Positions 10,053 to 19,647 of a stretch of 61,778 nucleotides of DNA are shown piece by piece. The notes beneath the pieces were generated by a model. It did no database searches. It was not told where the DNA came from and worked only from the letters and a program-made list of their open reading frames with translations. How positions within the stretch are numbered: the stretch's first letter is position 1; each line of letters opens with the position of its first letter. The stretch is from a virus (taxonomy: Duplodnaviria > Caudoviricetes): IMG/VR virus record IMGVR_UViG_3300025141_010303, positions 1 to 61,778 of that record; one strand, given 5' to 3'. A program made the translations under genes and the position numbers.

Positions 10053-11270
10053 TTAGATAGTATCCATATTTACATTGATTTTACCATTAAGAAGCTTTAC
10101 ATCACCATATACAACTTTGTAATTTTGTTTATCTTCATTGTGATTTTTAAACACATTTTTGATTGGTAGTATGTGACCAGACATAATTCCACTACCTGAT
10201 TTCTTCCAATCTTTTGCTAATAGTGTTGTAAATATAACACACCAATTTTTAGCGGTTTCATCATAAGTTACAAGAATGTATTGTCCTTCTCTAATACCTT
10301 TTCCACCCTTCCAATTAGTGTTACTACCGTCAAACTTAGTAACTTTAATTTCTACTTTATCATCAATATCACGGTGATAAACATCTGGATCAGTTGGGTG
10401 TCCAGTAGCAGCTACTACATCATGTCCTTCTGACATTAGAATTTTAGATATAATCATCTCACAATTGTGAGAAATAATTCCAGAAATTGAACCATGAGTA
10501 AAATCTTTATAAGGAAAATATTCTTCTCCATCAATTTTAGTTGATTGATTCAATGTTTTATTTATTATATTACTGATTCTATTAAATGATTGTTTAAAAA
10601 CATCATCGGTATAAATTTCTCCCCAATCTCTATCAAGGTTATTGGAACTGATAACCTTTACTTTATTTTTACCAGTAGCTTCTTCCCAAGCAGTTTTTAC
10701 TGCCATATCACCAGCGTCAACTTTTTTTAATAAAGATTTACCTTCACTACTCTGTTTTATATCTCTCAATTTATCAAGTGTTCCTTTACTTGTTCCCAAT
10801 CTTTTAATATGTTCATCTCTTAATTTGGGAGGCCTTGCTGTTCCATGTTCTTTCATATATGACTTTTCCGCAACATCAAACTCATTAAGTTTAACTGAAG
10901 GTTTCATATCACGATAAATATTAGTACTCGTTGTAGTTTGAAAGTTTGAGTATGGTGTATCTGGATTAGGATAGTCTTCATCAGAAAAGGTAACCCAAAC
11001 ATCACAACCTGATAGTTTAGCAGCGTCTATCCTTGTATGACCAGCTTCTGTCAAACCATCTTTCCAAATTACTACTGGTTGTTTATTTGCGGGTTTTCCT
11101 TCTGCGACTCTTATCTTATAACTTTCTGATATCTCTTCCTGTTTTTTTCTTTCTTCTTCTTCATTGGTATAGATTTCTTTATTATTTTTATTTGGAGTCA
11201 AATCATATGGATTAGCAAATAATTTTACTTCACCATTTATAGTTTTTTTAATTACTTTTATCTTTTTCAT
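10053..11270 (-). CDS. ParB-like N-terminal domain plus PD-(D/E)xK nuclease-like C-terminal domain
   Basis: LTPNKNNKEIY...QPVVI...AGHTRIDAA (ParB/Srx) and DPDVY...KVEIKVT (REase-like). Confidence 0.55.
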   Translation of the reverse strand: MKKIKVIKKTINGEVKLFANPYDLTPNKNNKEIYTNEEEERKKQEEISESYKIRVAEGKPANKQPVVIWKDGLTEAGHTRIDAAKLSGCDVWVTFSDEDYPNPDTPYSNFQTTTSTNIYRDMKPSVKLNEFDVAEKSYMKEHGTARPPKLRDEHIKRLGTSKGTLDKLRDIKQSSEGKSLLKKVDAGDMAVKTAWEEATGKNKVKVISSNNLDRDWGEIYTDDVFKQSFNRISNIINKTLNQSTKIDGEEYFPYKDFTHGSISGIISHNCEMIISKILMSEGHDVVAATGHPTDPDVYHRDIDDKVEIKVTKFDGSNTNWKGGKGIREGQYILVTYDETAKNWCVIFTTLLAKDWKKSGSGIMSGHILPIKNVFKNHNEDKQNYKVVYGDVKLLNGKINVNMDTI

Positions 11271-11321
11271 TGGTTTATTGCCTTATTTTATATTTTATAT
11301 TTTATTTTTAATCATTTAATT

Positions 11322-11351
11322 AATATACAACCTTTATACTATATAAGTCAA
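11322..11351 (-). promoter_or_regulatory. Sigma70-type early promoter TTGACT-N18-TATATT
   Basis: One of 12 conserved copies. Confidence 0.8.
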
Positions 11352-11367
11352 GCTTTTTTTTATTTTT

Positions 11368-12528
11368 TTATCTTCCAACTTCTCCTAAGTATTTTTCTTT
11401 ACATTCATCCCAAGTCATCCCAACTACATCTCCGTAGAATAATACCTCAGGTTTAATTCTATTATCATTAAATAATGTTGTGTATCTTCTGATAGCTTTA
11501 GGTTTCCACCAAGAATTAATTCTATCATAATCTAAAACATATTTTTGTTTCATTACTAAATCTTTATCTGTGATTTCATTTCTTAAATAATTTAATCCGT
11601 TCTCATACATATTAGCGAAGAATACACCTCGTTTAAAACCATGTTCATAATCCTTACCCTTGATTTCAAGATGTTTAAATACTCTATTAATAACATTTTG
11701 TTTAGGGCCTGTAGTTGTAACAGCCTTGTGATGTTCTTCTGGGTGATTTTCTTTTAACCATTTATTCCAAACTAAATAAACTGAATCATCAGGTTTAATC
11801 ATAATCTTACCAGCAGATTCACCAAGTGTTTTCCAATGTGGGATTCCATTGTATTGAGAATGAGCACCATAAAGAGATGTTGTAGTTAAACCAACAAGAA
11901 TATCGTCATAATCTTTCTTCCATTGCTCTCTAACATCTGAAACAGTAGTAAGAGCTGCAATTAATTTTCCACCTAACATATTAAAACCTAATGGCTGAAC
12001 ACAAACAATAGTAGAAGCTATAGCTGTATTATTTAATTTATGGTCAACAAACTTATTATCTTTTGTCCACTTAATATAATCATCTCTAACTTTAATTGAT
12101 GTAACATCTGAACCCAATGAAATCAATCCAAGTATTTTACCTGTAATTTTATCTTTAACATAATACTTTTGATTACGACCTGGATTAGCATTCCAATCCA
12201 TTGTATGAATTAATTTCCTAACCAAAGTCCAAGTCTTCGCATCTTCTGTAAATTCAACAACTGGATCTAGAGCTTCTATTTCTGAAACAGTTAAATCATA
12301 ATTATAAATGTCAGTTGGTTTCCACAACTTCGATCTGATAGTATTAAACTTATGAGCTTTAGTTCTCATCTTATATTCATCTTTATTAAACTCTTGCCAT
12401 TTCTTATATAAAGTTTGTTCCTGAACAGACATCAATTTTAACATATCTAAATTATCAATAAAGTTTTGCTTTTCTTTATCGAAATCAAATTCATCTGTTA
12501 CTTCAAAAAAATTATTAATTAAACTCAA
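11368..12528 (-). CDS. DUF4338 / Druantia DruA-like protein
   Basis: NPGRNQKY, RDDYIKW, QPLGFNMLGGKLIA, TTTSLYG..SQY motifs; TTG start with GAGG RBS. Confidence 0.7.
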   Translation of the reverse strand: MSLINNFFEVTDEFDFDKEKQNFIDNLDMLKLMSVQEQTLYKKWQEFNKDEYKMRTKAHKFNTIRSKLWKPTDIYNYDLTVSEIEALDPVVEFTEDAKTWTLVRKLIHTMDWNANPGRNQKYYVKDKITGKILGLISLGSDVTSIKVRDDYIKWTKDNKFVDHKLNNTAIASTIVCVQPLGFNMLGGKLIAALTTVSDVREQWKKDYDDILVGLTTTSLYGAHSQYNGIPHWKTLGESAGKIMIKPDDSVYLVWNKWLKENHPEEHHKAVTTTGPKQNVINRVFKHLEIKGKDYEHGFKRGVFFANMYENGLNYLRNEITDKDLVMKQKYVLDYDRINSWWKPKAIRRYTTLFNDNRIKPEVLFYGDVVGMTWDECKEKYLGEVGR

Positions 12529-12570
12529 AAATATTCCTCTTTTGATACAAAACTATACTACTTATTTGCT

Positions 12571-12618
12571 GCAAGCAATGAAGCAATAAGCAATAAGCAA
12601 CGAAGCAATAAAGCAATT
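12571..12618. repeat. Six tandem AAGCAA(T/C) units
   Basis: gcaagcaatgaagcaataagcaataagcaacgaagcaataaagcaatt in an intergenic gap. Confidence 0.85.
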
Positions 12619-12620
12619 GA

Positions 12621-12959
12621 TCATATTAGTTGTAATAACATTATCAACAATCCTAAAAACATAGATATCCCCGTTTTTATCGAAACACCTTCCCCCAACA
12701 TCATCCAAGTAATAATCGGAAACGAAATCATACCTGTAGCAAATCCTAATAATCTAATAGGCCATAATTGACCAAATCCAATATAACCATATTTAGTTGA
12801 AAGTATAAGCATATAAGAAATTGGAAGACCAAGACATGCCAATAAAAATGGATTATCTTTTGCCCATTTCCAAATTAATTGTCCATTTAATTGATACCAT
12901 ATGATTATCTGTGTAAAAAATAATATACAGATAGTTATCATAACCTCTTTATTTATCAC
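12621..12959 (-). CDS. Small multi-pass membrane protein
   Basis: 112 aa, about 4 hydrophobic segments; GTG start. Confidence 0.6.
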   Translation of the reverse strand: MINKEVMITICILFFTQIIIWYQLNGQLIWKWAKDNPFLLACLGLPISYMLILSTKYGYIGFGQLWPIRLLGFATGMISFPIITWMMLGEGVSIKTGISMFLGLLIMLLQLI

Positions 12960-13181
12960 TTATAATTTTTTCCTTACATGTCTCTTTTGTGCTTTGGAAG
13001 GTTTATTATGTTTCTTTTCAGGTTCTGGTTCAACATCATCATTTGGATTTTTATTTATATCTCTAACTTCATTTTTCCATTGTTCTTTTGATATGTATCT
13101 GAAACCCTCTTCATATAAAACTGACGCCTTATGTTCATCCACTCTGACTACTTTACCAGTCGGTGATTTCATTGTTTTCAT
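12960..13181 (-). CDS. Hypothetical basic protein
   Basis: GAGG RBS; 73 aa. Confidence 0.6.
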   Translation of the reverse strand: MKTMKSPTGKVVRVDEHKASVLYEEGFRYISKEQWKNEVRDINKNPNDDVEPEPEKKHNKPSKAQKRHVRKKL

Positions 13182-13195
13182 ACTTTACCTCTATA

Positions 13196-13705
13196 TTAAT
13201 CTACAGCTAATAAATTATTTTCATTTACAGCAGTATAACTATACATCCTCGCATTAGTATATTTGAATTTGTTAGAACCTTTTGATTTAAGAATATCTAC
13301 TCTTTTTGTAAATCTAGAATTCATTGTATCACGAACCTGATATACACCACTGTTATTACCAATACCCTCTATTACAATATAATCTCCATAATCAAATGGA
13401 CCACCCCACCTCTTTAATAAATCACGAGATAAAGCAACAAATCTATATGAACTAGCTTTTCTTGGATTTATCTTTGTTCCGTCAGCAAGTTCATTTGGTG
13501 TTCTATCTGTTTGAGCACGAGTTGGATTATACATAGTTACTATTACATTATATTCAAATAATTCAATCTTATTTTTTAATTCGTTATTTTCAGATTCCAA
13601 TACAGTAACTCTATTATGTAAATCTTCAATTATATTATCTGAATACCAAAACATTATTGTAAGTGATGCTATATATCCTAATATAGCATAAGTTGATCTT
13701 ATCAT
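13196..13705 (-). CDS. 3D-domain (cell-wall lytic transglycosylase-like) protein
   Basis: VTMY...QTD.TP...VALSRDL...YQVRDTM...RVDIL; N-terminal TM and coiled coil. Confidence 0.8.
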   Translation of the reverse strand: MIRSTYAILGYIASLTIMFWYSDNIIEDLHNRVTVLESENNELKNKIELFEYNVIVTMYNPTRAQTDRTPNELADGTKINPRKASSYRFVALSRDLLKRWGGPFDYGDYIVIEGIGNNSGVYQVRDTMNSRFTKRVDILKSKGSNKFKYTNARMYSYTAVNENNLLAVD

Positions 13706-13751
13706 TTATGATTCCTTTACTAAGTAATTATTAATTTTTATCATACCATAT

Positions 13752-13781
13752 AATATACAACATTTATATAATATGAGTCAA
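13752..13781 (-). promoter_or_regulatory. Early promoter TTGACT-N18-TATATT
   Basis: Conserved copy. Confidence 0.8.
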
Positions 13782-13788
13782 GCTTTTT

Positions 13789-14655
13789 TTATTTTAATTT
13801 ATAATCTATTTTATTTGATATTTCAAACGAGCCATCAGTTGGTAATATCTCTTCATCCTTCACCCACATCGATATCGTTTTCTCAGCTGATATCTCATCA
13901 ATTATTGAAAAATTATCACGATATCTCTTTAATAATTTTTTAACAAGTGGATGCCTGACAATATCTTTTTCTTTAAATGAAGCTAATCCAATACCCTTAA
14001 CACCAGCGAATCTTTTAATTGCATCTTCTAATCCACTTGTTCTTTTCTTTAAATCAGATTGTTCTAAATCACCTGTGATAATATATTTACTTCTATCACC
14101 TATACGAGTAACAAACATTTTAATTTGTTCAGGTGTAGCATTCTGAGCTTCATCAAGTATAACAATTTTATCAGATAATGTTAAACCTCTCATAAATGCT
14201 AATGGAATAACTTGAATAATACCATCGTGTTTCAATACTTCCAAACGATTCTTACCTATGATTTGTTCCATATTATAATAGAATGACATCATAAATGGTG
14301 CTGTCTTTTCATCAACATCACCTGGTAAGAAACCAATCTTTTCTCCATCAGCTTCCACTAAAGGTTTTACAATAATAATACCATTGATTGAATTATCTTT
14401 TGATATCAACATTTTCAATGCATGATATACAGAAAGATAAGTCTTACCACAACCAGCTGGACCAATACAGAAAGTGATATCTTTTGAAGATATAGTTTTA
14501 TAAAAACGCTTTTGAGCTGCATTTCTAAATTCCATATTCCACTCCATATTCTTTAAGTCTTTTAATGCTTGTCGTTTATTTGTAATTGTATGATTATCTG
14601 ATTGTTTGGTTATAACTTTTTTTGTAGAGCTGTTAACATTTTTGTTTTTTGACAT
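13789..14655 (-). CDS. phoH: PhoH-like ATPase
   Basis: GPAGCGKT, IGFLPGD, LAFMRG, ILDEAQN, TGDLEQSD, DIVRHPLV. Confidence 0.93.
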   Translation of the reverse strand: MSKNKNVNSSTKKVITKQSDNHTITNKRQALKDLKNMEWNMEFRNAAQKRFYKTISSKDITFCIGPAGCGKTYLSVYHALKMLISKDNSINGIIIVKPLVEADGEKIGFLPGDVDEKTAPFMMSFYYNMEQIIGKNRLEVLKHDGIIQVIPLAFMRGLTLSDKIVILDEAQNATPEQIKMFVTRIGDRSKYIITGDLEQSDLKKRTSGLEDAIKRFAGVKGIGLASFKEKDIVRHPLVKKLLKRYRDNFSIIDEISAEKTISMWVKDEEILPTDGSFEISNKIDYKLK

Positions 14656-14736
14656 AAATTAATACCTCCAGTTATGTGTGATATTCTTATTAATAAATAT
14701 CATATATACTGAAGAATAATTACAATTATATCAAAC

Positions 14737-14769
14737 AAAAATGGGTTCAGTATATTTCAACTGAACCCA
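14737..14769 (-). terminator. Rho-independent terminator
   Basis: TGGGTTCAG/CTGAACCCA 9-bp stem followed by TTTT on the minus strand. Confidence 0.75.
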
Positions 14770-14794
14770 GATTATCATATGTAATTTACATCAC

Positions 14795-15025
14795 TTATTT
14801 ATCAGTCCATAAACCGAATAAAACAATAAGTGCAATCAAACCGGCCAAGCCACCACCCATAAAGGTAGTAACTAAAGCTGATATATTGCCTACGATGTCT
14901 AATCCAAGAGTACCTGTACCGAATATTACCTGAGCCATAACGCCCAAGGTTACTAATCCAGTAAGTACACCTACGAATCCTACAATCACATCATTTATTG
15001 TCGAAAATACACTTTTAATATTCAT
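14795..15025 (-). CDS. Small hydrophobic Gly-rich membrane protein
   Basis: 76 aa, two hydrophobic helices; GGAG RBS. Confidence 0.7.
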   Translation of the reverse strand: MNIKSVFSTINDVIVGFVGVLTGLVTLGVMAQVIFGTGTLGLDIVGNISALVTTFMGGGLAGLIALIVLFGLWTDK

Positions 15026-15053
15026 GTTATTTTTCTCCTATGATTTAGTGTTA

Positions 15054-15869
15054 TTAGAATGAATAACTGACTCTGATTAATGTATCACCATCAGCAGAAA
15101 GCTCTGTTGACAAATGTACTTTATCAGAACAATTATACCCAACTCCATATAGCACTTCCTCATCAGAATTATATCCAATGAGTACAAAAGCGCCTTTAGC
15201 AAAATCTGGTATTACAGCACAACGAAGCCAATAGGCATTGTCATTTGCTAAGTCGTATTCAAAAGATGATTCAAATGGCATACCAAAAAATACACCACTT
15301 TCTGAAACATCAATAAGTTGAGCGTCGTTACTATTCACGGATAGTCCAACTTCCGAATCTACCCCAAACAGTGATACATTATAAGACAAACGAGTTGCCC
15401 AATAAGCATCATTACCATAAAATGCATTTACTCCTACCCCCCACGCTGATGTCGAAAACCCAACACCATTGCTTATAGAGTGATCTCTTGGAGTAGATAC
15501 ATAGTAGTTGTTTGATGGTCTGTGAAGACCCCAAGCCAACCCATATGGTTCTGCTTGACTACCGAATGTTAATGTAATCATATCAGTTACCGACCAGCTA
15601 TATTTAGCTTCTTCAATGTTTACATTACCATCTGATAGATTTGTACTTAATTCCCAACCATCACCTTTGAATATCATTCCTGTATATGCATTAGAAAAAG
15701 ATGTATCTTCTCCAATAACAATATCAGTACTAAATTCACCAGTTACTTGAGTACTAACAACATTAGTGTTATCAGTATCAAGTTCACCAGCCACTTGTGA
15801 ACTGACAATACCTAATGTGCCAATCATAAGTGCCAATGTGATGATTACGTTTTTCATACTATTCTTCAT
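15054..15869 (-). CDS. Outer-membrane beta-barrel (porin-like) protein
   Basis: Start reassigned to 15869 (GGGAG RBS); signal peptide, amphipathic beta strands, C-terminal IRVSYSF BAM-type signal. Confidence 0.7.
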   Translation of the reverse strand: MKNSMKNVIITLALMIGTLGIVSSQVAGELDTDNTNVVSTQVTGEFSTDIVIGEDTSFSNAYTGMIFKGDGWELSTNLSDGNVNIEEAKYSWSVTDMITLTFGSQAEPYGLAWGLHRPSNNYYVSTPRDHSISNGVGFSTSAWGVGVNAFYGNDAYWATRLSYNVSLFGVDSEVGLSVNSNDAQLIDVSESGVFFGMPFESSFEYDLANDNAYWLRCAVIPDFAKGAFVLIGYNSDEEVLYGVGYNCSDKVHLSTELSADGDTLIRVSYSF

Positions 15870-16151
15870 ATGGTTTCTCCCTATGTTACGATTTACTACT
15901 TGTTTTATATTATACACACAATCCTCTTACAACAGCAAATTGCCTTCATTGATAACATTATATTAACTTATGAACTTTAGATATTTAAGAAAAAATATCT
16001 CTTTTGATTGTGTTTGATATGTGCGTACAATAACTTTATAACCTACTTATTATATAAGTATAAGGAAAAATCCCAAAACGATTAATTTTTTTTATTTAAT
16101 TTTTTTTCTGTCTGTTGATAAATTAACATATTTTTAAACAAATTTAATAAT

Positions 16152-16485
16152 TGGTGGAGATGCTGAGACTCGAACTCAGGTCTTGATATCCATTAATATA
16201 AAAATTATTCACAAGTTTATTTGGTTTCTTTCCCACCAACAAAGTCCGCTTTCCAGACAATTCGTTATTTTACATCGAGATTGAGATTTGCTTAACTTAC
16301 GATGGTTCTTCCGATTATGACACCACCTTATCTTCTATCGGAGTTAAAGGGTGATGGTAACCTACGCGTAGGCTACATTGTATGTGTTATAATTGCCAGT
16401 TATTACTAGCTGTTGATTGTTTAAGTCAATCATACTACTTGTATTTTTATACCTAAAAACACCAATCGAAACCAAACTCATCCCC
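16152..16485 (-). ncRNA. ssrA: tmRNA; predicted tag (A)GNYNTYNVAYA*
   Basis: 5' GGGGATG...TTCGA; 3' GAC-CTGAG-TTCGAGT-CTCAG-CATCTCC-ACCA with a G3:U pair; ATAACT precedes the GGC resume codon. Confidence 0.92.
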
Positions 16486-16486
16486 A

Positions 16487-16873
16487 TTAAGATTCACCTA
16501 CTTGACCAAGTGCTAAATCTTTTTTATATTTTTTTAATTCTTTTTCAAACTCTTTTAACTCTTTATGTTTATTAACATATTCTTCTAACAAATCTCCAAC
16601 ACTTCTAAATCGACTATCGTGGCGTCTATCACTTTCTAAACCAAATTCATATTCTTCTGGAATATCATCATATTCTTCCGGAATATCATCATCAAATTGC
16701 CTTAATACTTCTACAATTTGATTTCCTTGTTTAACAATATCAATTAATACATTTCCAGCATAATCTATATCTTCATCTATTTTATCCATTCGTTTATTTA
16801 TGGATACAAGTAAATCAACCATAAGTTCGTTTTGTTTAAGTATATTAATTAATATATCTTGTTTATCTGACAT
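16487..16873 (-). CDS. Hypothetical acidic protein with a duplicated DDIPEEY
   Basis: GGAG RBS; 21-bp tandem repeat at 16647-16688. Confidence 0.65.
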   Translation of the reverse strand: MSDKQDILINILKQNELMVDLLVSINKRMDKIDEDIDYAGNVLIDIVKQGNQIVEVLRQFDDDIPEEYDDIPEEYEFGLESDRRHDSRFRSVGDLLEEYVNKHKELKEFEKELKKYKKDLALGQVGES

Positions 16874-16910
16874 TATAATATTCTCCTATATATAATAAAT
16901 ATAATAGTTT

Positions 16911-17531
16911 TTATAAAAGATGTGGTTTAGCTTCAACTATTCCAGCATTAGTAACTTTAATGAAACTAACATTACTATGAAATTCACTAATATTATCAGC
17001 TCCGACATAACTCATTGAAGAACAAACACCATCCATTATATCATTAATAATTCGTTTTACCTTACCTTTATAATTTACATAACGACTAGAACCTTCAACA
17101 TTCTTTGTTTCGCCTCTATCTTTTTTACTATCAAGTGAAGCACTACCACGATATTTCTTTTGTAAAATCTCATTGGGCCATTTACCCGATTTCGTTATCT
17201 CACCCGGACTTTCTTTTGTTCCAGATAAAAGAGAACCTAACATTACTGCGTCCGCTCCCGCACCCAATCCTTTGCATACATCGCCAGGACTCCTAATCCC
17301 ACCATCAACAATACAAGGAACATCGTAAATGTCAGCGACAGAAACGCAATCAAGAATGGAACTAACCATAGGTATTCCCACACCAGTTTGAATCCTTGTG
17401 CTACAAAGTGAATTATGGACGATGATACCATTGATATTGTATGAATGGTCTTTTTCAATTGTAAGGTCATAAACTTTTCCCTTATATTGTTTTTTCTTTA
17501 TTGATTTTATTTTCGTAAGTTTGAATTTCAT
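16911..17531 (-). CDS. guaB: Split intein C-fragment (40 aa) fused to IMP dehydrogenase C-terminal half
   Basis: MKF...VYDLTIEKDHSYNINGIIVHN|SLCSTR; then DGGIR, GADAVMLGS, YRGSAS, VEG, SYVGA IMPDH motifs. Confidence 0.93.
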   Translation of the reverse strand: MKFKLTKIKSIKKKQYKGKVYDLTIEKDHSYNINGIIVHNSLCSTRIQTGVGIPMVSSILDCVSVADIYDVPCIVDGGIRSPGDVCKGLGAGADAVMLGSLLSGTKESPGEITKSGKWPNEILQKKYRGSASLDSKKDRGETKNVEGSSRYVNYKGKVKRIINDIMDGVCSSMSYVGADNISEFHSNVSFIKVTNAGIVEAKPHLL

Positions 17532-18363
17532 CTAAAACCTCTTGTATTAAATTATCATTATCTAAATCAGATTCCCATATTCTAATCAACTTAAAATCAT
17601 GTTTATCTGCAGATTCTTCCTTTTTTTTATCTTTTTTCTTTTTATTTATTTGGATATTATTTAATTTCCTTCTACCATTACTACCATCTTCATTATAGAA
17701 TTTAGGATTACTATGCCAATAATCACCATCAATTTCAATCAATATCCTTTTATTTTTAATCTTAAAATCATATTGATATTCACTTATTACTGGTGAATAA
17801 TCATATTCAATTTTATTATCATTTAATATCTTCTCAAATTTCTTTTCTGGGTTATTCTTTTTATATCTATGTTGATTATGATGACTGACCGACCCAGCTT
17901 TTCTTTTTATTTCTGAATAGTATTCTGGATTTTTATCTCTTGATTTCTTTTGACCTTCACTAAAAGCTTTACTTTGTTTTTCTCTATATTCATCATCTTT
18001 CCATAATTCTTTATTTATTTCTGAAATAAATTTAGAAGTTTCTGGTGTATGAGTTTTACCGTAAAAATGATTATTTTCTCCATTCATATCTGGCATATTT
18101 TGTTTTATTTTTTCAATAGATTTTTCGCTATGATGTTTACCATAAAAATGATTATTCTTACCCATCATATTTATTGAATTTTTTTTACCAATTGTTTGTT
18201 TTGTTTTATCCGTATGTGTTTTACCATAAAAAGGATTCCCTTCACCATTCATAAATTTACCATAACATTTTTTATTACAAAACTTTTTATTAGCTTTAAT
18301 ATAACTCTCAAATTCATTATTACATTCTTTACATTCTTTACATTTTTTAATTATCTTTGACAT
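17482..18363 (-). mobile_element. Free-standing homing endonuclease (Zn finger + 3 NUMOD3 repeats + Vsr-like/DUF559 nuclease)
   Basis: GEGNPFYGKTHT-type repeats x3; YDF...IEIDGDYWH...KD...LIRIWE; sits between the two guaB halves. Confidence 0.88.
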
Positions 18364-18431
18364 TTATTATCTCCAAAATCATAATATACCACCTTCAATT
18401 CCAATAATAAATATCAATAAAATAGAAAAAA

Positions 18432-19259
18432 CTACGAAATTTCTACAAGAAAATAATCATCAGTTAAATTATCAGCTTCTACCCATTCAGCATATTTATC
18501 CAAATTATCATCATCAACAACATCTTTATATTTTTTATGTATAACATAAAATTCGTGATTTTTTGTACATTCTATATCATTTATTTCAATGATTTCTTCA
18601 TCTCTATCAAATTCTAATTTATTTATTACAGGTTTTAATTCACCTGTATGTGTATAAACCATATCATTTAATTCAATATCAATTATTCTTTTTAATCCAT
18701 TATCAGTTAAAACTTCCATACCGGGAGTAAAACAACCGCCGCCGATACCAATTCGTAAACCATCCGCACCCCATTCACAAAGGTCTTTTGCAGCTTCTTT
18801 CGTTGCAATGTTTCCCACCAATAAATCAAATTGTCCTTTAACTTCATTTTTTATTTTCTCCATAGCTTCTTTAACTAATATATGATGACCATGTGCTACA
18901 TCTATAAGTATAATTTGTGCTCCACTATAAACATATAATTGTGCTTGTTTTAAATAATCACCAGTTACACCTATTGATGCACCAATAGTTCCGTCAGGTT
19001 TTTCATTTCTAAACCATCGTATTGTTTTTGCAATTTTATGTGATGATTTAAATCTATGTAAAAAACCCATACCACCAAGTCTATCCATCTCCAAACACAT
19101 TTTATAATCTGTAACAGTATCCATAGGTGATGAAACAATCGGTATATCTAAATAAACATTTTTTGTAACTCTTGTTATTGTATTACAATCTTCACGATGT
19201 TTTATATCACTTAATAATGGCTTAATACCAACATCATCATAAGTTAAACATTCTTTCAT
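18432..19259 (-). CDS. guaB: IMP dehydrogenase N-terminal half fused to split intein N-fragment (100 aa, Cys1 at 18732-18734)
   Basis: LTYDDV, SSPMDTVT, IDVAHGH, GNIAT, RIGIGGG|CFTPG...TKNHEF intein blocks A/B; no CBS domains. Confidence 0.93.
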   Translation of the reverse strand: MKECLTYDDVGIKPLLSDIKHREDCNTITRVTKNVYLDIPIVSSPMDTVTDYKMCLEMDRLGGMGFLHRFKSSHKIAKTIRWFRNEKPDGTIGASIGVTGDYLKQAQLYVYSGAQIILIDVAHGHHILVKEAMEKIKNEVKGQFDLLVGNIATKEAAKDLCEWGADGLRIGIGGGCFTPGMEVLTDNGLKRIIDIELNDMVYTHTGELKPVINKLEFDRDEEIIEINDIECTKNHEFYVIHKKYKDVVDDDNLDKYAEWVEADNLTDDYFLVEIS

Positions 19260-19634
19260 TTAATCTTTTACCTTGTAATATTTACCTGTTATTAATATAC
19301 CATGACAATTACATTTAAAAGGATGAAACAATTTCCATTCAGTACTATTATAATCAAATGTTATTTCTTGTCCTTCTTGTATATCTTTAATAGCAATTAA
19401 CTTTATAATTTTATCTTCTTTAACTATCTTAATATTAGGAGTACAACTATGATTTATATATCTTCCTAACGCATCCTCTACATGTTGTTTTTTACCAACT
19501 TGTATTGAAGTGCGGGTGGGATTTTTAATAAATGTTCCCACAAATTGATATATAACATCATCTTTATTAATAGTAGTGGTAGTTGTAACTCCCTGCATGG
19601 TATTACCTAAAGTAACAATTAATGCCATTTTCAT
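19260..19634 (-). CDS. SET-domain (lysine methyltransferase-like) protein
   Basis: RYINHSCTPN, AIKDIQEGQEITFDY, post-SET FKCNC. Confidence 0.85.
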   Translation of the reverse strand: MKMALIVTLGNTMQGVTTTTTINKDDVIYQFVGTFIKNPTRTSIQVGKKQHVEDALGRYINHSCTPNIKIVKEDKIIKLIAIKDIQEGQEITFDYNSTEWKLFHPFKCNCHGILITGKYYKVKD

Positions 19635-19647
19635 ATAATCTTACTAT

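Noticed and set aside
11368-12528. Druantia anti-phage system
   Set aside because: Only a stand-alone DruA/DUF4338-like gene; no DruE helicase or other partners
16911-19259. guaB as a pseudogene disrupted by an endonuclease insertion
   Set aside because: Both halves carry intact split-intein termini (Cys1; His-Asn followed by Ser+1), consistent with functional trans-splicing
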